Of a DNA stretch of 64,000 nucleotides, positions 21,050 through 31,494 are shown in pieces. This stretch comes from Candidatus Woesearchaeota archaeon. Its GTDB lineage: Archaea; Nanobdellota; Nanobdellia; Woesearchaeales; GW2011-AR9. Position 1 is the stretch's first letter; the number at the start of each line of letters is the position of its first letter. The position numbers and the translations under genes were made by a program. The stretch lies in the NCBI GenBank assembly GCA_018696595.1, contig JABHQW010000005.1, positions 25,721 to 89,720 of the forward strand, written 5' to 3'. The notes beneath the pieces are model-generated. The model searched no databases and was not told the origin of the DNA. It saw nothing but the letters and a program-made list of their open reading frames with translations.

Positions 21050-21367
21050 TCACATTCCCATGAAAGTTCCAATAATCCCAAGCACTATAACAAAACAAAG
21101 AAAGAACATAACCACTGAGCTAATAACAATTCCAACAATGGCATAATTACTTCTCTCTTTCTGAACACGACTGATTATTCCAAATACTAGCCCTAAAATA
21201 GAAGCGGCTATAACAATAAAGAAGAATAAGAGAATGAATATGTCTAAAAACGAATCTTCTAAAGGTGCAATATAAGACAATATTAAGTAAATAAAAAGGT
21301 TGACAAAGCTAACAATAGAAGATATAAAACTTATCCCGCCAAAAATATTTTTCTTTTTTTTACTCAT
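21050..21367 (-). CDS. Small membrane protein (about 3 TM)
   Basis: Three hydrophobic stretches; basic N-terminus. Confidence 0.65.
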   Translation of the reverse strand: MSKKKKNIFGGISFISSIVSFVNLFIYLILSYIAPLEDSFLDIFILLFFFIVIAASILGLVFGIISRVQKERSNYAIVGIVISSVVMFFLCFVIVLGIIGTFMGM

Positions 21368-21473
21368 AAGTTATAGTAAATACTCTTGTTCTTTTAATAT
21401 TTTTGGTTTTTATTAAACCCAAACTATAAACACATCAAAAACATTTATAAAAACAAATATAATCCTCAATCTA

Positions 21474-22922
21474 ATGGCAAAGAAAGATCAGAAAGGATTA
21501 ACTGTAAAGAAAGAAGATTTCAATGAATGGTATCCGCAAGTTATTCAAAAAGCGGACTTAGCAGATTATTCATCCGTCTCTGGATGTATTGTTTACAAGC
21601 CCAATTCATATGCTATCTGGGAAAAGATCAAAGAAGTTACTGACAAGAAATTTAAAGCAGTTGGTATTAAAAATGCCTATTTCCCATTATTAATCCCAGA
21701 ATCATTATTACAAAAAGAAGCTAACCATATTGAAGGATTTGCCCCCGAAGTTGCGTGGGTAACTCATGCTGGCAATTCTAAATTGGCTGAACGCTTAGCA
21801 ATTAGACCAACATCTGAAACAATCATGTACGATTCATATTCCAAGTGGATTCGTTCATACAATGATTTACCTCTTCGTATTAACCAATGGAATAACGTTG
21901 TTAGATGGGAATTTAAACATCCAACACCATTCTTAAGAGGAAGAGAATTTTTATGGAACGAAGGACACACTTGTTTCGCTACAAAAAAAGAAGCAGAAGC
22001 AGAAGGGCCAGAAATAATTGGAATTTATGATGATGTTTGTAAAGATTACTTAGCAATGCCTTCTTTGATTGGAAGAAAATCTGAGAAAGAAAAGTTTGCT
22101 GGTGCTGAATATACAACAAGTTTAGAATTTATTATGCCTAACGGAAAATCTATTCAAGGACCTGATTTCCATTTTGACGGGCAAAACTTTTCCAAAGCCT
22201 TTGAGATCTCTTTCACCAACGAAAAAGGAGAAAAAGATTATGTTTGGCAAAATACATGGGCAATTTCTACCAGAATGATTGGCGTTTTAATCGCTATGCA
22301 TGGAGACGATAAAGGATTAGTAATCCCACCAAAATTAGCAATAACTCAAGCAGTAATTGTTCCAATTTTATTTGAAGATTCTAAAAAAGATGTTTTAAAG
22401 AAAGCTAAAGACATCAAAAAAAGTTTAGAAAAAAAAGGAATTTCAGTTTACTTAGATGATCGTGAAAATTATAGTCCTGGTTGGAAATTTAACGAATGGG
22501 AAATGAAAGGCGTTCCCGTTAGGATTGAAATTGGACCAAGAGATTTAGAGAAACATCAAGCGATGGTCGCACGTAGAGATACTTCTGAGAAACAAGCTTT
22601 AGAATTAACTGCTATCGCTGATGAAGTTAGAATTTTATTAGATGACATTCATAAAAATTTATTTGATAAAGCTCAAAAAGTTTTGGATAACTGTATTGTT
22701 AAAGTGGATAATCTTAAAGATGCTAAGAAAGCTTTCAAGGACAAGAAAATTGCTTTTGCACCTTGGTGTGGTTCTGTTCCTTGTGAAGATATTTTCAAAG
22801 AAAAAAGCGGAGCCAAATCATTAAATTCTCCAGAAGAACAACCTAAACTTAAGAAAGGACAGAAATGTTCATTCTGTAAAGAAGAAGCCAAGTATTGGTT
22901 TCATTTTGGAAAAAGTTATTAA
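21474..22922 (+). CDS. proS: Prolyl-tRNA synthetase, archaeal/eukaryotic type
   Basis: AIRPTSET, QWNNVVRWE, FLRGREFLWNEGHT, anticodon domain and C-terminal Zn module ending in KSY. Confidence 0.97.
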   Translation: MAKKDQKGLTVKKEDFNEWYPQVIQKADLADYSSVSGCIVYKPNSYAIWEKIKEVTDKKFKAVGIKNAYFPLLIPESLLQKEANHIEGFAPEVAWVTHAGNSKLAERLAIRPTSETIMYDSYSKWIRSYNDLPLRINQWNNVVRWEFKHPTPFLRGREFLWNEGHTCFATKKEAEAEGPEIIGIYDDVCKDYLAMPSLIGRKSEKEKFAGAEYTTSLEFIMPNGKSIQGPDFHFDGQNFSKAFEISFTNEKGEKDYVWQNTWAISTRMIGVLIAMHGDDKGLVIPPKLAITQAVIVPILFEDSKKDVLKKAKDIKKSLEKKGISVYLDDRENYSPGWKFNEWEMKGVPVRIEIGPRDLEKHQAMVARRDTSEKQALELTAIADEVRILLDDIHKNLFDKAQKVLDNCIVKVDNLKDAKKAFKDKKIAFAPWCGSVPCEDIFKEKSGAKSLNSPEEQPKLKKGQKCSFCKEEAKYWFHFGKSY

Positions 22923-23395
22923 TCCTTGGAAACCCCATTTAAGCTTTCAAACATCTTTCTTTTTTGTGTTTCTTGGTCAAATCCTAGTTCTTCCCATAAA
23001 GGATTGTATAACCCATTAGAAACATTTGGACGAATAACTTTACGAGTGACATTACGACCTTTAAGTTCTTGTGCGATTAAATCAGCAAAAGTATCTGCGA
23101 CGTCAACAGGAACAGGTCCAAAAGTTTCATTCGCACTATAAAAATGAATAAAACAATTCTGATCTTCAACCTGGCGAGGTTGTGGACCTTCAAAGCTCCA
23201 AGATCGAGAAACTGCAACAAAATATTTTCCACCACCAACGACCATTTGATTATTTATCAAACAATCTTTTGGGATGTCATTTCGAAGATAAAGAAAGAGA
23301 TCATTTTTATGACCCAGAGTTACCAAGAATCTGTTGTTTCCCAATAATTCATGACAAAAGTTCTTTTCTCCAAGATGATATTCTAAATTTGACAT
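22919..23395 (-). CDS. Hypothetical protein
   Basis: 158-aa ORF convergent with proS; no family recognised. Confidence 0.6.
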   Translation of the reverse strand: MSNLEYHLGEKNFCHELLGNNRFLVTLGHKNDLFLYLRNDIPKDCLINNQMVVGGGKYFVAVSRSWSFEGPQPRQVEDQNCFIHFYSANETFGPVPVDVADTFADLIAQELKGRNVTRKVIRPNVSNGLYNPLWEELGFDQETQKRKMFESLNGVSKD

Positions 23396-23498
23396 TTTGG
23401 TTATAATTTGGTGATTTATTTAAAAATAATTTGGTTGTTAAGAACAATGATAGATTCAAACCACTACATTTATATTCTTAAAAGTTATGGTTCTATAG

Positions 23499-24644
23499 AT
23501 GTCGTTAAAAAAAGAGGTAATTGTACTTAGTGATATAGAAATGGGTGCAGGCAATCTTACAGATGATTTTATTAGTGATAGACTATTAGCAGAATTAATT
23601 GTAGAGTTAAGTAATCGCCCACACCCTGTTGATTTAATCTTTAACGGAGATAGTTTTGACTTCCTTAAATGCCCCTCTTTCCAAACCAACCAATTAGTTT
23701 ATCACAGACACATTACAGAAAAAGTTTCATTAAATAAATTAAATCTTATTTATCATGCGCACAATAAAGTTTTTAGGGCGTTAAAGAAATTTTGTAAAAC
23801 AAAAAAACACAGATTAATATTTACAATTGGAAATCATGATATGGATTTAGTTTACAAAGGAGTACAAAACAAAATAAAAGAGTATTTAGGGAAACCAAAA
23901 AATGTTTATTTCAAAGAAAAGTATCGTTACAAAAATATTTATGTTGAACACGGACAACAGTATGATTTCTTAACAAGAATAAATTTTGACAAACTGTTTC
24001 TTTCATATAAAGGAGATACAATATTAAATCAATCATTCGTCTCATTTGGGATTATTAGCAGAGCCATGGAACTTAAAGAGAACCACCCATTTATGGAAAG
24101 GATTTTTCCTAGAAAACAGTTATTAAAGTTACATCGTTCTGCAATCAAAAAAATAACCAGAAGAACTGTTGGCTATTTTTTAAAGAGCATGTTATATTAT
24201 CCAATACGTTATTATTATGATCCCACTTATACCTATCCTCGAGAATTGTTTAGAGAATTGTATTTAAGATTAAAGAATGTTCATTGGGACGTTGATAAAG
24301 TAATCCCCACATTTAAAAGAAAGAAAAGACGTTCATTAAAGCAAGGAAAAATTTTCATTTTGGGACATATTCATGAAAAACATATTGAAGATCATAAGGG
24401 AGTTGTTATTGTTCATCCCGGAAGTTGGAGAGATGAATATGATTTAGATATGAACACAAGAAAACTAACATCACGATTAAAAAGATATGTTCAAGTTCTT
24501 GTCACAGATGAAGGAACGGAATATCAAGTGATAGATGTTCCAGTAGATAGAAGTTTTTTTAATTTTGATAAAGTTATTAAGAATGAAGTTAAGTATGTTA
24601 TGCTGGCTGCTAAAGAAGAACGGTTTACTCCTGCTTTAGTTTAA
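23499..24644 (+). CDS. Calcineurin-like metallophosphoesterase
   Basis: LSDIEMG, NGDSFD, IGNHD, EHGQQYD and LGHIH motifs. Confidence 0.8.
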   Translation: MSLKKEVIVLSDIEMGAGNLTDDFISDRLLAELIVELSNRPHPVDLIFNGDSFDFLKCPSFQTNQLVYHRHITEKVSLNKLNLIYHAHNKVFRALKKFCKTKKHRLIFTIGNHDMDLVYKGVQNKIKEYLGKPKNVYFKEKYRYKNIYVEHGQQYDFLTRINFDKLFLSYKGDTILNQSFVSFGIISRAMELKENHPFMERIFPRKQLLKLHRSAIKKITRRTVGYFLKSMLYYPIRYYYDPTYTYPRELFRELYLRLKNVHWDVDKVIPTFKRKKRRSLKQGKIFILGHIHEKHIEDHKGVVIVHPGSWRDEYDLDMNTRKLTSRLKRYVQVLVTDEGTEYQVIDVPVDRSFFNFDKVIKNEVKYVMLAAKEERFTPALV

Positions 24645-24693
24645 TCCACTTAATTACACAAAATTCTTAAAGCATTAATTATTAATAAGAAAA

Positions 24694-25023
24694 ATGGAAA
24701 TTAAAAAAAAAGAGTTGCCAGCTAAAGTGATAAGAATTTCTTTATCAGAAAACAAACAAGAAGTGGGGTGGGTAAGAGTTTACTTAATTAAAAACGAATC
24801 TCACAATTGTTATTATGCTCTTATTGAGAATCTATTTGTTAATGAAGAACATCGTAGAAAAGGTTATGGCAAACAATTAATGTTGGCAGCAATTGAAGAA
24901 GCAAAGAAACAAAAATGTACTTGGATTATTGCTAATAGCAGATATTCCAGAGAACAGATTCATCAATTCTACCAGAAACTGGGATTTGAGGATTATGGAA
25001 AAGAGTTTAAGATGGTTCTTTGA
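24694..25023 (+). CDS. GNAT N-acetyltransferase
   Basis: LFVNEEHRRKGYGKQLM acetyl-CoA motif and FYQKLGF. Confidence 0.9.
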   Translation: MEIKKKELPAKVIRISLSENKQEVGWVRVYLIKNESHNCYYALIENLFVNEEHRRKGYGKQLMLAAIEEAKKQKCTWIIANSRYSREQIHQFYQKLGFEDYGKEFKMVL

Positions 25024-25110
25024 ATAATAGTGTTTTACTACTAATTCACAATTAACAATATTTATATAGATTAGTGATTCCATTTTAATTTCGTTTAGGG
25101 GTGGTATATT

Positions 25111-25722
25111 ATTTTAGAAAAGGAAATAGATCAATTAATAGAAAAGTATTCTAGTTTCAAAGAGATTGAATCCGCAGTTCACCAGTTTATTCTAGAAGAA
25201 AGTTCTGTTAAAACAAAAGATAATGAAAAGAAAAAGGAAAGCCCCCTGGAGAAAGAAGTTTCTAAAGAAAAGATTGAAAATCCAATAAAAAGCAAAGTAA
25301 AAAAAGAGGACCCTGATTTAAAAGTTGATAAAAAAGAAAAAGACACAGAAGAAACAGTTACTTCAATCGATTATTCTTTAGAAGAACAGTTTTTGGCAGA
25401 GAATTTCTATAAATCTAATCTTGATTATAATAGTTTATTTTCATATTCATTTTCTGGAGTGGGTTCTAATTCTTTTGGAGAAATTTATGAAGAGAACATG
25501 GATGAAGCTACCAGTAATAATTCTGAAACAATGGATACAGAAGAAGCAAGAGAAATGCTTGTTGCGGTTCAATATGCTAAAGTTTTAGGAACAATGACTG
25601 AATTAAGTCATGAAAAAAGAAAACAATTTACTAACTGGGTAACTTTTAACAAAGACTTGATGGGATTATTTCATTCTATGTATGCAGTAACTGGTGATGT
25701 TGATTATAGTAAGAGTTTTTAG
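25111..25722 (+). CDS. Acidic/lysine-rich hypothetical protein, probably ATT-initiated (track gives TTG 25393)
   Basis: The frame is open from 25099 with no ATG/GTG/TTG before 25393. TATA at 25061-25068 and AGGGGTGGT Shine-Dalgarno at 25097-25105. Confidence 0.55.
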   Translation: MLEKEIDQLIEKYSSFKEIESAVHQFILEESSVKTKDNEKKKESPLEKEVSKEKIENPIKSKVKKEDPDLKVDKKEKDTEETVTSIDYSLEEQFLAENFYKSNLDYNSLFSYSFSGVGSNSFGEIYEENMDEATSNNSETMDTEEAREMLVAVQYAKVLGTMTELSHEKRKQFTNWVTFNKDLMGLFHSMYAVTGDVDYSKSF

Positions 25723-25967
25723 AAACCAAATAAAATTGCTGTCTGCATCATCAAGTCAAAATTAAATCAATAATCTAAATCAAGCTCGTTGCGAGGGGTT
25801 GCTCCATCCGGGAACGCAGAGCTAACAAGAAAACATAAAGAATTTTGAAGGTGCATTAAGCAATTCTATAAATTTAAGAATAGGAGAGAAAAAATAAGAA
25901 AGAAAAGAAAAAATAAAAAAACTAATAATTAAACAAAATGCAAAAAAAAGCATTTTGAAAATTGTTT

Positions 25968-27872
25968 TTAGTAATTAACTAATACTTGCACATCTCTTCC
26001 AAAGATGTTCTTCAGATCTTCAAAGACTGGTTCTTTAATGAAAGCACGCTTAGGCATTTTCAAAGAAGCAAGAGCTTTCTCAAACTCTTCCAAACTAGAA
26101 TCCTTTAAAGTTCCTAAACTTCCATCTTCGTTGATTTTAGCTTTCTCAATCCTCTTCTCTTTAGCATCAATGTCATGAATTATAAAAGCAAGATCATCAA
26201 GCAAGATAACTTCCCCATACTTGTCTCCATGCTTAACTTTAATCTTAGTTCTTTCAAGTTCCCTTCCACGTTTTCTCTGCATGTACTCAACTAAGAACCG
26301 AATTAAGCCACCAGATCCTTTTCTAGCTTTCTCAACATCTGCTTTAGTTAATTTCTTTTTATCGCTTTTCTTTTTAGCTTCAATAATCTCATTTAAATCT
26401 CTAAGATAACGAGCAGGAACTTTTCCAGTAGAGATTAGTTCATCTTCAAATAGCTTAATAATTTCTGCATCTTGAGCTTTCTCAATACCTTCTAACTTCA
26501 AGACATCTCTGATGATTGTTATGATTTCATCATAAAGAACGACTACGCTTTTCTTATCATGCATTAGTTCAATTTCTTTAAACAATTTCTTAATTCTTTC
26601 AAGATATTTTTCTGCATTCTTAATTAGCTCATCAAGTTCGGTCCCAGACAATTCTTTCTTTGTTCCATGTTCAATCTCTTTTCTAACTTGAACATTTTTC
26701 TTTAAGATTTCTACGTATTCTGGTTCCAACAACTTTTCTCTCTTCACAAAGATTTCTTCCAAAACTTCAGGTGTTTCTTTTGGCGTAGGCGGAGGAATCC
26801 CGTACAACATTAAAGCTGCTTGAGTTGGTGTTAAGATTGCATAGAATGTATCTTCCATACCCATGTCTTTCATTTTCAATTTAATTCTTTTAACACTTTG
26901 TTCACCAGTACTCATGAACAAATCAATTGCTTCTCTGCTTGGCTTGATTCTTCCCATTCTAAGCAACTGTTTCCAAGGCATAAAAATACCCCGATCATAA
27001 AAGGGAACTCCGTCTCTTAACAAAGTAAAGATGATTGGATTAGCATCTTTCAAAGAATCCCAGAAGTCTGTTAAAATGTAAACCTGAATGTTTAATTTGT
27101 TTTTAATCCCAGTCATTTCTCCAGCTTCTACCCCCATTCCAATAATGATTGCTCGTAATTTATCCTTCAACTCTGCTCGAGTCATTTTCTTAACATCAGT
27201 ATCATCAATTACTATCCAAACATCAATGTCTGAAGTAGCAGTAGCTCTTCCTTGTGTTAAAGATCCAGCAAGAACATAACTTAAGATATATTTATCAAAC
27301 TTCTTGATAACCATGCTTTTATGAATTTCAGCAATTTTTATTGCTGCAAGCATTCCGGTATCATAAATTGGGGCTCCCACAGAAACCATCTTGTTCATAT
27401 CATACTTAGCATCATAAGAATTCTGCCAAATGTCTGTTAACAAAACACTCTGAGCTTTGATATTTTTATCGGTCTCTTCGGCGAATTTACCGATGATACT
27501 AGAAAATTTATGATGTAATTCATCTTTACTCATCTTCTTAGAAGTGGTATCATCAACAACAACTAAAACGTGAATTTCATCAGGATTTGGTTTCTTCTCT
27601 TCTTTTTTAGTAGCTTGCGGTGCTTGTCCTTGAGGAGCTTGTGCGGGTTGTTTTGGAGGGGGTAATAATGTAATTCCCACAATATAATCTCCAAACTTAT
27701 CAACAACTTTGTCTTTAAATTTGTCTAACTTTGTTTTGAGAGCTTTAAGTTTCTTCTCCAATTCAGGAGGCAATTTTGGTGCTCCTGCAGGAAGTTGAGG
27801 TTCATTCTTTCCCTTTGCGGGTTTTACACTTTTAGGTTTAACAGATTTATTTGATTTAGTTTTTTTTGCCAT
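25968..27872 (-). CDS. Pol-beta-superfamily nucleotidyltransferase domain protein with a degenerate duplicate N-terminal domain and helical C-terminus
   Basis: LAGSLTQGRATATSDIDVWIVIDD motif. The earlier IHVLVVVDD..KKMSKDEL segment parallels VWIVIDD..KKMTRAEL. Confidence 0.75.
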   Translation of the reverse strand: MAKKTKSNKSVKPKSVKPAKGKNEPQLPAGAPKLPPELEKKLKALKTKLDKFKDKVVDKFGDYIVGITLLPPPKQPAQAPQGQAPQATKKEEKKPNPDEIHVLVVVDDTTSKKMSKDELHHKFSSIIGKFAEETDKNIKAQSVLLTDIWQNSYDAKYDMNKMVSVGAPIYDTGMLAAIKIAEIHKSMVIKKFDKYILSYVLAGSLTQGRATATSDIDVWIVIDDTDVKKMTRAELKDKLRAIIIGMGVEAGEMTGIKNKLNIQVYILTDFWDSLKDANPIIFTLLRDGVPFYDRGIFMPWKQLLRMGRIKPSREAIDLFMSTGEQSVKRIKLKMKDMGMEDTFYAILTPTQAALMLYGIPPPTPKETPEVLEEIFVKREKLLEPEYVEILKKNVQVRKEIEHGTKKELSGTELDELIKNAEKYLERIKKLFKEIELMHDKKSVVVLYDEIITIIRDVLKLEGIEKAQDAEIIKLFEDELISTGKVPARYLRDLNEIIEAKKKSDKKKLTKADVEKARKGSGGLIRFLVEYMQRKRGRELERTKIKVKHGDKYGEVILLDDLAFIIHDIDAKEKRIEKAKINEDGSLGTLKDSSLEEFEKALASLKMPKRAFIKEPVFEDLKNIFGRDVQVLVNY

Positions 27873-28068
27873 TATGATATAATCTCCATTATTTATTTAA
27901 TTATACTATTTTGACTGTCACGTAATAATCAGTCTACTATGAAATATGTTTTAAAGTATTATAATTGTTTTTATAAGTGGTGAGACCCAAAAGTCATGGT
28001 TAAGTTGAATTAAACCATTCCTCTTCAGAAAAGAAATATTTAAATAGGGCTTATGTTTACTTGGAAGT

Positions 28069-28716
28069 ATGTCTGAGAAAAAAGAGAGTGCTATTGATAA
28101 ACATCAAAAAGCTTACAAGAAAATCGAACCTGCTGTTGATACTACAGATCATCATCATAGGGCAGCTTATCTTCAAGCAGAGAAAAATGTTTTGATGGAT
28201 GACAAAGGGGAAATTGAGTATGGTCGTTTAGATAAAGGATTCGAAAAAGATGGCAAAAAAATAAGTGCAGAAGATGCTCGTAAGCAATTTAGAGTAGAAA
28301 TGAAGGATTATTATGAAACAAATGTTGTTAAAGATTCAAAACTTAAAAAAATTCTTAAAGATATGCCTAAAGAACTAAAAAGTGGTTTTTTGAAAATATT
28401 AACTGGTTATGACGAAGATACCCTAACTCAATATCATGATACTCTAGGAGGAGGGATGAAATGGGACACCTACCAAAGAGAAGTACTCCCAGGTTTTAAG
28501 CAAGAGAAAAGACAAGCGTTAGAAAAAAATACAACAGAGCACATATCTAAAGGTGACATTAGTGACATAATTGAAGAAACAGAAATGGAAGTTCATTCAG
28601 ATCCAACACTTACTGAAGCTAAAAGATTACTAGAAGCACATAGCAGAGGTAAAGGACATATTAGTGAAGACGAAGCTAGAAGAATTCTAAAAAATAAATA
28701 CAAAGGCCACAAATAG
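28069..28716 (+). CDS. Hypothetical helical protein
   Basis: 215-aa ORF behind a BRE/TATA (GAAATATTTAAATA); resembles part of the next gene. Confidence 0.7.
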   Translation: MSEKKESAIDKHQKAYKKIEPAVDTTDHHHRAAYLQAEKNVLMDDKGEIEYGRLDKGFEKDGKKISAEDARKQFRVEMKDYYETNVVKDSKLKKILKDMPKELKSGFLKILTGYDEDTLTQYHDTLGGGMKWDTYQREVLPGFKQEKRQALEKNTTEHISKGDISDIIEETEMEVHSDPTLTEAKRLLEAHSRGKGHISEDEARRILKNKYKGHK

Positions 28717-28786
28717 TTTTTGTTGCCACTAACCAGTAATAATAAACGAAAGGTTTATAAAGAGAGTTAACCATTTATATTAAATA

Positions 28787-31081
28787 ATGGCTAGAAATCT
28801 TGCTTTTTTTGGAGATCCGCATGGTAACTTTCAAGGCCTAGATTTAGCTGTAAAAGTAGCTAAAGATAAAGGTATTGAAAGTAGAATTTGTTTAGGAGAC
28901 ATCCCCTTACATTTAGTTGCAGATTTCACAAAGGACCAGGCATCTTTCTCTTCTCAATTTAGAGAACAGATGGCTAATGGCACCCCATACAGAACAGCTG
29001 TAGAAGAAGGCCTCTATAGTGATGCACAATTAGAAAGATTAGCTAATCCACATAAACAAGCATTAGAATCATTGTTAAGACATGGAACATCAACTTATGA
29101 ACTTGTTAAACAAATTGACCCAGGGTTAAAAGTTGTTGCAGGAAACCACGACATTGAAAAACCGATTAAAGAAGTTCTTGCTGAACAATTTATGGACAAT
29201 GTTGCTTCTGTAGAAAATGGATTAAAAACAGTCTGGGCATCAGGAGGGGGAAGTGTTCCAGTTGGTAATGTTGGAATTAAAGAAGGGTTTATGGCAGATG
29301 ACTTTGACAACAGAGTTTATCGATTTAAAGGACTAGAAAAACTATTATTACAACCACAAGGATCAACCCAAGAAGAAAATGAGATTGATTTATTAGTTAC
29401 TCACATTCCGCCAACCATTGCAGGTAATCACGCAGATTCATATTCGGAACATGTAGTAGAAATGTTAGTGCAAAGAGACCAACTAAATTTACCATTACCA
29501 AAAACAATTGTCCATGGTCATCACCACAATAGTGATGCCTTAATAGATTGGCAAAAATATAAAGACAAACATTCTGGACAAGAAGTAGAAATTCTAACCC
29601 TTTCACCAGGAATATTAGCAAGAGAAAGGAATTCCGGGTCTCATTCTAGTTTTTGTTTAACTACATTTGATGAAGATACTAAACAGTTAATTAAAGTAGA
29701 CGAATATCGTATTTACAACGCACTTTCTGGAATTAAAAAAGTTGTTTTATATGGGGAACATTTAGTTAACAACGAAGATAAGAAAATTGAATTCAACCTT
29801 ATTAATAGAACAATTATTAGTGAAGCAAATCGTGAGATGTTCAAAAAAAGTTTAGATTTAGACAGACATTATGAATTGGATAGCAAAGGACTAATTACTA
29901 GTTATGAAAATATGGCTCCAGAACAATTAGATTTTACAATTAGACAAAATTTAACTATTATTAACAGAAAAACTGAAGAAGCAACTAGAACAATTAAAAA
30001 CGTTTTAGATTATGTTAAAAATGAATGGATCTGTGGAAGAAATCCAGAAAGTTCTTTTACCAATCAAGAATTATTAGAAAAACAAATTGAAACTGCAGAC
30101 CTACTAGGAAAAGAAGCAGCCAAGATATTTAATGTTGATTTAGCAGAAATTGATTGTACAGCCGATGAAAGAAAATGGTATAATAGAATCTTAATGAAAA
30201 CTGCTTTTGGAATTGATTTAGATGATTTACAAGAAGCCACTGACGTTAAAAATATGACCTATGAAAGTATTGCGTTTAATTGGGGAATGAGTTTACAAAA
30301 GAAAGTTAGCCAAGAATTGGGAGGTAGAGGACAAAGTCACATCCTAAAAGACATTACAGAAGAAATGTGGATGTCTGTAGTTGATGAAGTTTATCTTCCG
30401 CAAAACTTAGAAAGAAAAACAACCCTTAATAGAAGTGAAGCGATTGGACTTTATTCAAAAGGGCTTAATCAAGGATTATTAAGTGAAGAAGATGCCCTAG
30501 ATACAGGGGCTTATCAAAAAAGACCAGGATTTGTAGGCAATCAAAAAACAGTTACTGAAATAGAAGAGATGTTTGGAATTTCTAAAGAAAAAGCCGCAAC
30601 TAGTTTATACAGTAACGAAATCACTGAACTAAATCAAGAAGCAGTTCCAGACTTACAAGAAAAGATTAATGCAGGATTAAAAATATTAACAAACAATTCT
30701 GGAGACTATATTCTTACACAAGAGGGAGCTAAATATTTGACTGAAGAAAGGAAATCAGAATTAGATTATGTTCCAGTAACAATGAAAGATTTATTAGACC
30801 AAGATAAAGTCAAACTTGTTAAGATGGAAGATGATTATTTAATTAATTATGGAGAAGGTATTGTAAAAATTAATCCTGAAGAAGAAGGTATTGACCCCCA
30901 AGATTATAACACTCAACCACTATGGCAATTTACTCAACAACAACAAACAAGGCAAAGAGAACAACAAACATTAATGAATAGATTAGCTCAACAAGGACCA
31001 GCCCAACATTTGAGAGAACAAAATAATAGTGTAAATAGACCCAATCCAGAACGATTACCGTTGCCTCCAACAAGAGAATAA
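28787..31081 (+). CDS. Metallophosphoesterase fused to a long helical region with Gln-rich tail
   Basis: All five motifs present: GDPHG, LGD, AGNHD, THIPP, HGHHH. C-terminal QQQQTRQREQQ tract. Confidence 0.8.
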   Translation: MARNLAFFGDPHGNFQGLDLAVKVAKDKGIESRICLGDIPLHLVADFTKDQASFSSQFREQMANGTPYRTAVEEGLYSDAQLERLANPHKQALESLLRHGTSTYELVKQIDPGLKVVAGNHDIEKPIKEVLAEQFMDNVASVENGLKTVWASGGGSVPVGNVGIKEGFMADDFDNRVYRFKGLEKLLLQPQGSTQEENEIDLLVTHIPPTIAGNHADSYSEHVVEMLVQRDQLNLPLPKTIVHGHHHNSDALIDWQKYKDKHSGQEVEILTLSPGILARERNSGSHSSFCLTTFDEDTKQLIKVDEYRIYNALSGIKKVVLYGEHLVNNEDKKIEFNLINRTIISEANREMFKKSLDLDRHYELDSKGLITSYENMAPEQLDFTIRQNLTIINRKTEEATRTIKNVLDYVKNEWICGRNPESSFTNQELLEKQIETADLLGKEAAKIFNVDLAEIDCTADERKWYNRILMKTAFGIDLDDLQEATDVKNMTYESIAFNWGMSLQKKVSQELGGRGQSHILKDITEEMWMSVVDEVYLPQNLERKTTLNRSEAIGLYSKGLNQGLLSEEDALDTGAYQKRPGFVGNQKTVTEIEEMFGISKEKAATSLYSNEITELNQEAVPDLQEKINAGLKILTNNSGDYILTQEGAKYLTEERKSELDYVPVTMKDLLDQDKVKLVKMEDDYLINYGEGIVKINPEEEGIDPQDYNTQPLWQFTQQQQTRQREQQTLMNRLAQQGPAQHLREQNNSVNRPNPERLPLPPTRE

Positions 31082-31170
31082 GTTTTATAAACAAAAAAGT
31101 CTTTCTTACAATTATTATCAATTCAAAGAAAATAGAAAAACTTACAAAAAGCAAATAAATTTATTAAAAA

Positions 31171-31407
31171 CTAATTATTGCCAACACTTTCTTCAAACTC
31201 TTCTGCACAAGCTTCAGAACAAAAAGTATGGGGCTCACCTTCAAATTCTTTGATAAGTTTTTTCTCATTAATTGCACCACCACACTCGGCACATTCAACA
31301 ATCTTTTCTTCATCAGTGTAACCCTTCATGAAACTTTCTTCTAAATTTTCTTCCTCAGAGTAGTTCTCTTTTTTTACATTTCCTTCTTCAGCACTATATT
31401 CTTCCAT
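31171..31407 (-). CDS. Small acidic TRASH/YHS-like metal-binding protein
   Basis: CAEC...FCSEAC motif. Confidence 0.75.
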   Translation of the reverse strand: MEEYSAEEGNVKKENYSEEENLEESFMKGYTDEEKIVECAECGGAINEKKLIKEFEGEPHTFCSEACAEEFEESVGNN

Positions 31408-31494
31408 TTTTAGGTTATTTCGGGGGTTTTGCTTTTAAAGTTTTCTATTATACTATATATACCCATATACTTTGTGAAGGGGGGCATATAAGAA

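Noticed and set aside
25968-27872. CCA-adding enzyme (the tRNAs lack encoded CCA)
   Set aside because: The domain layout and motifs do not resemble archaeal class I CCA enzymes; absent CCA is normal in archaea.
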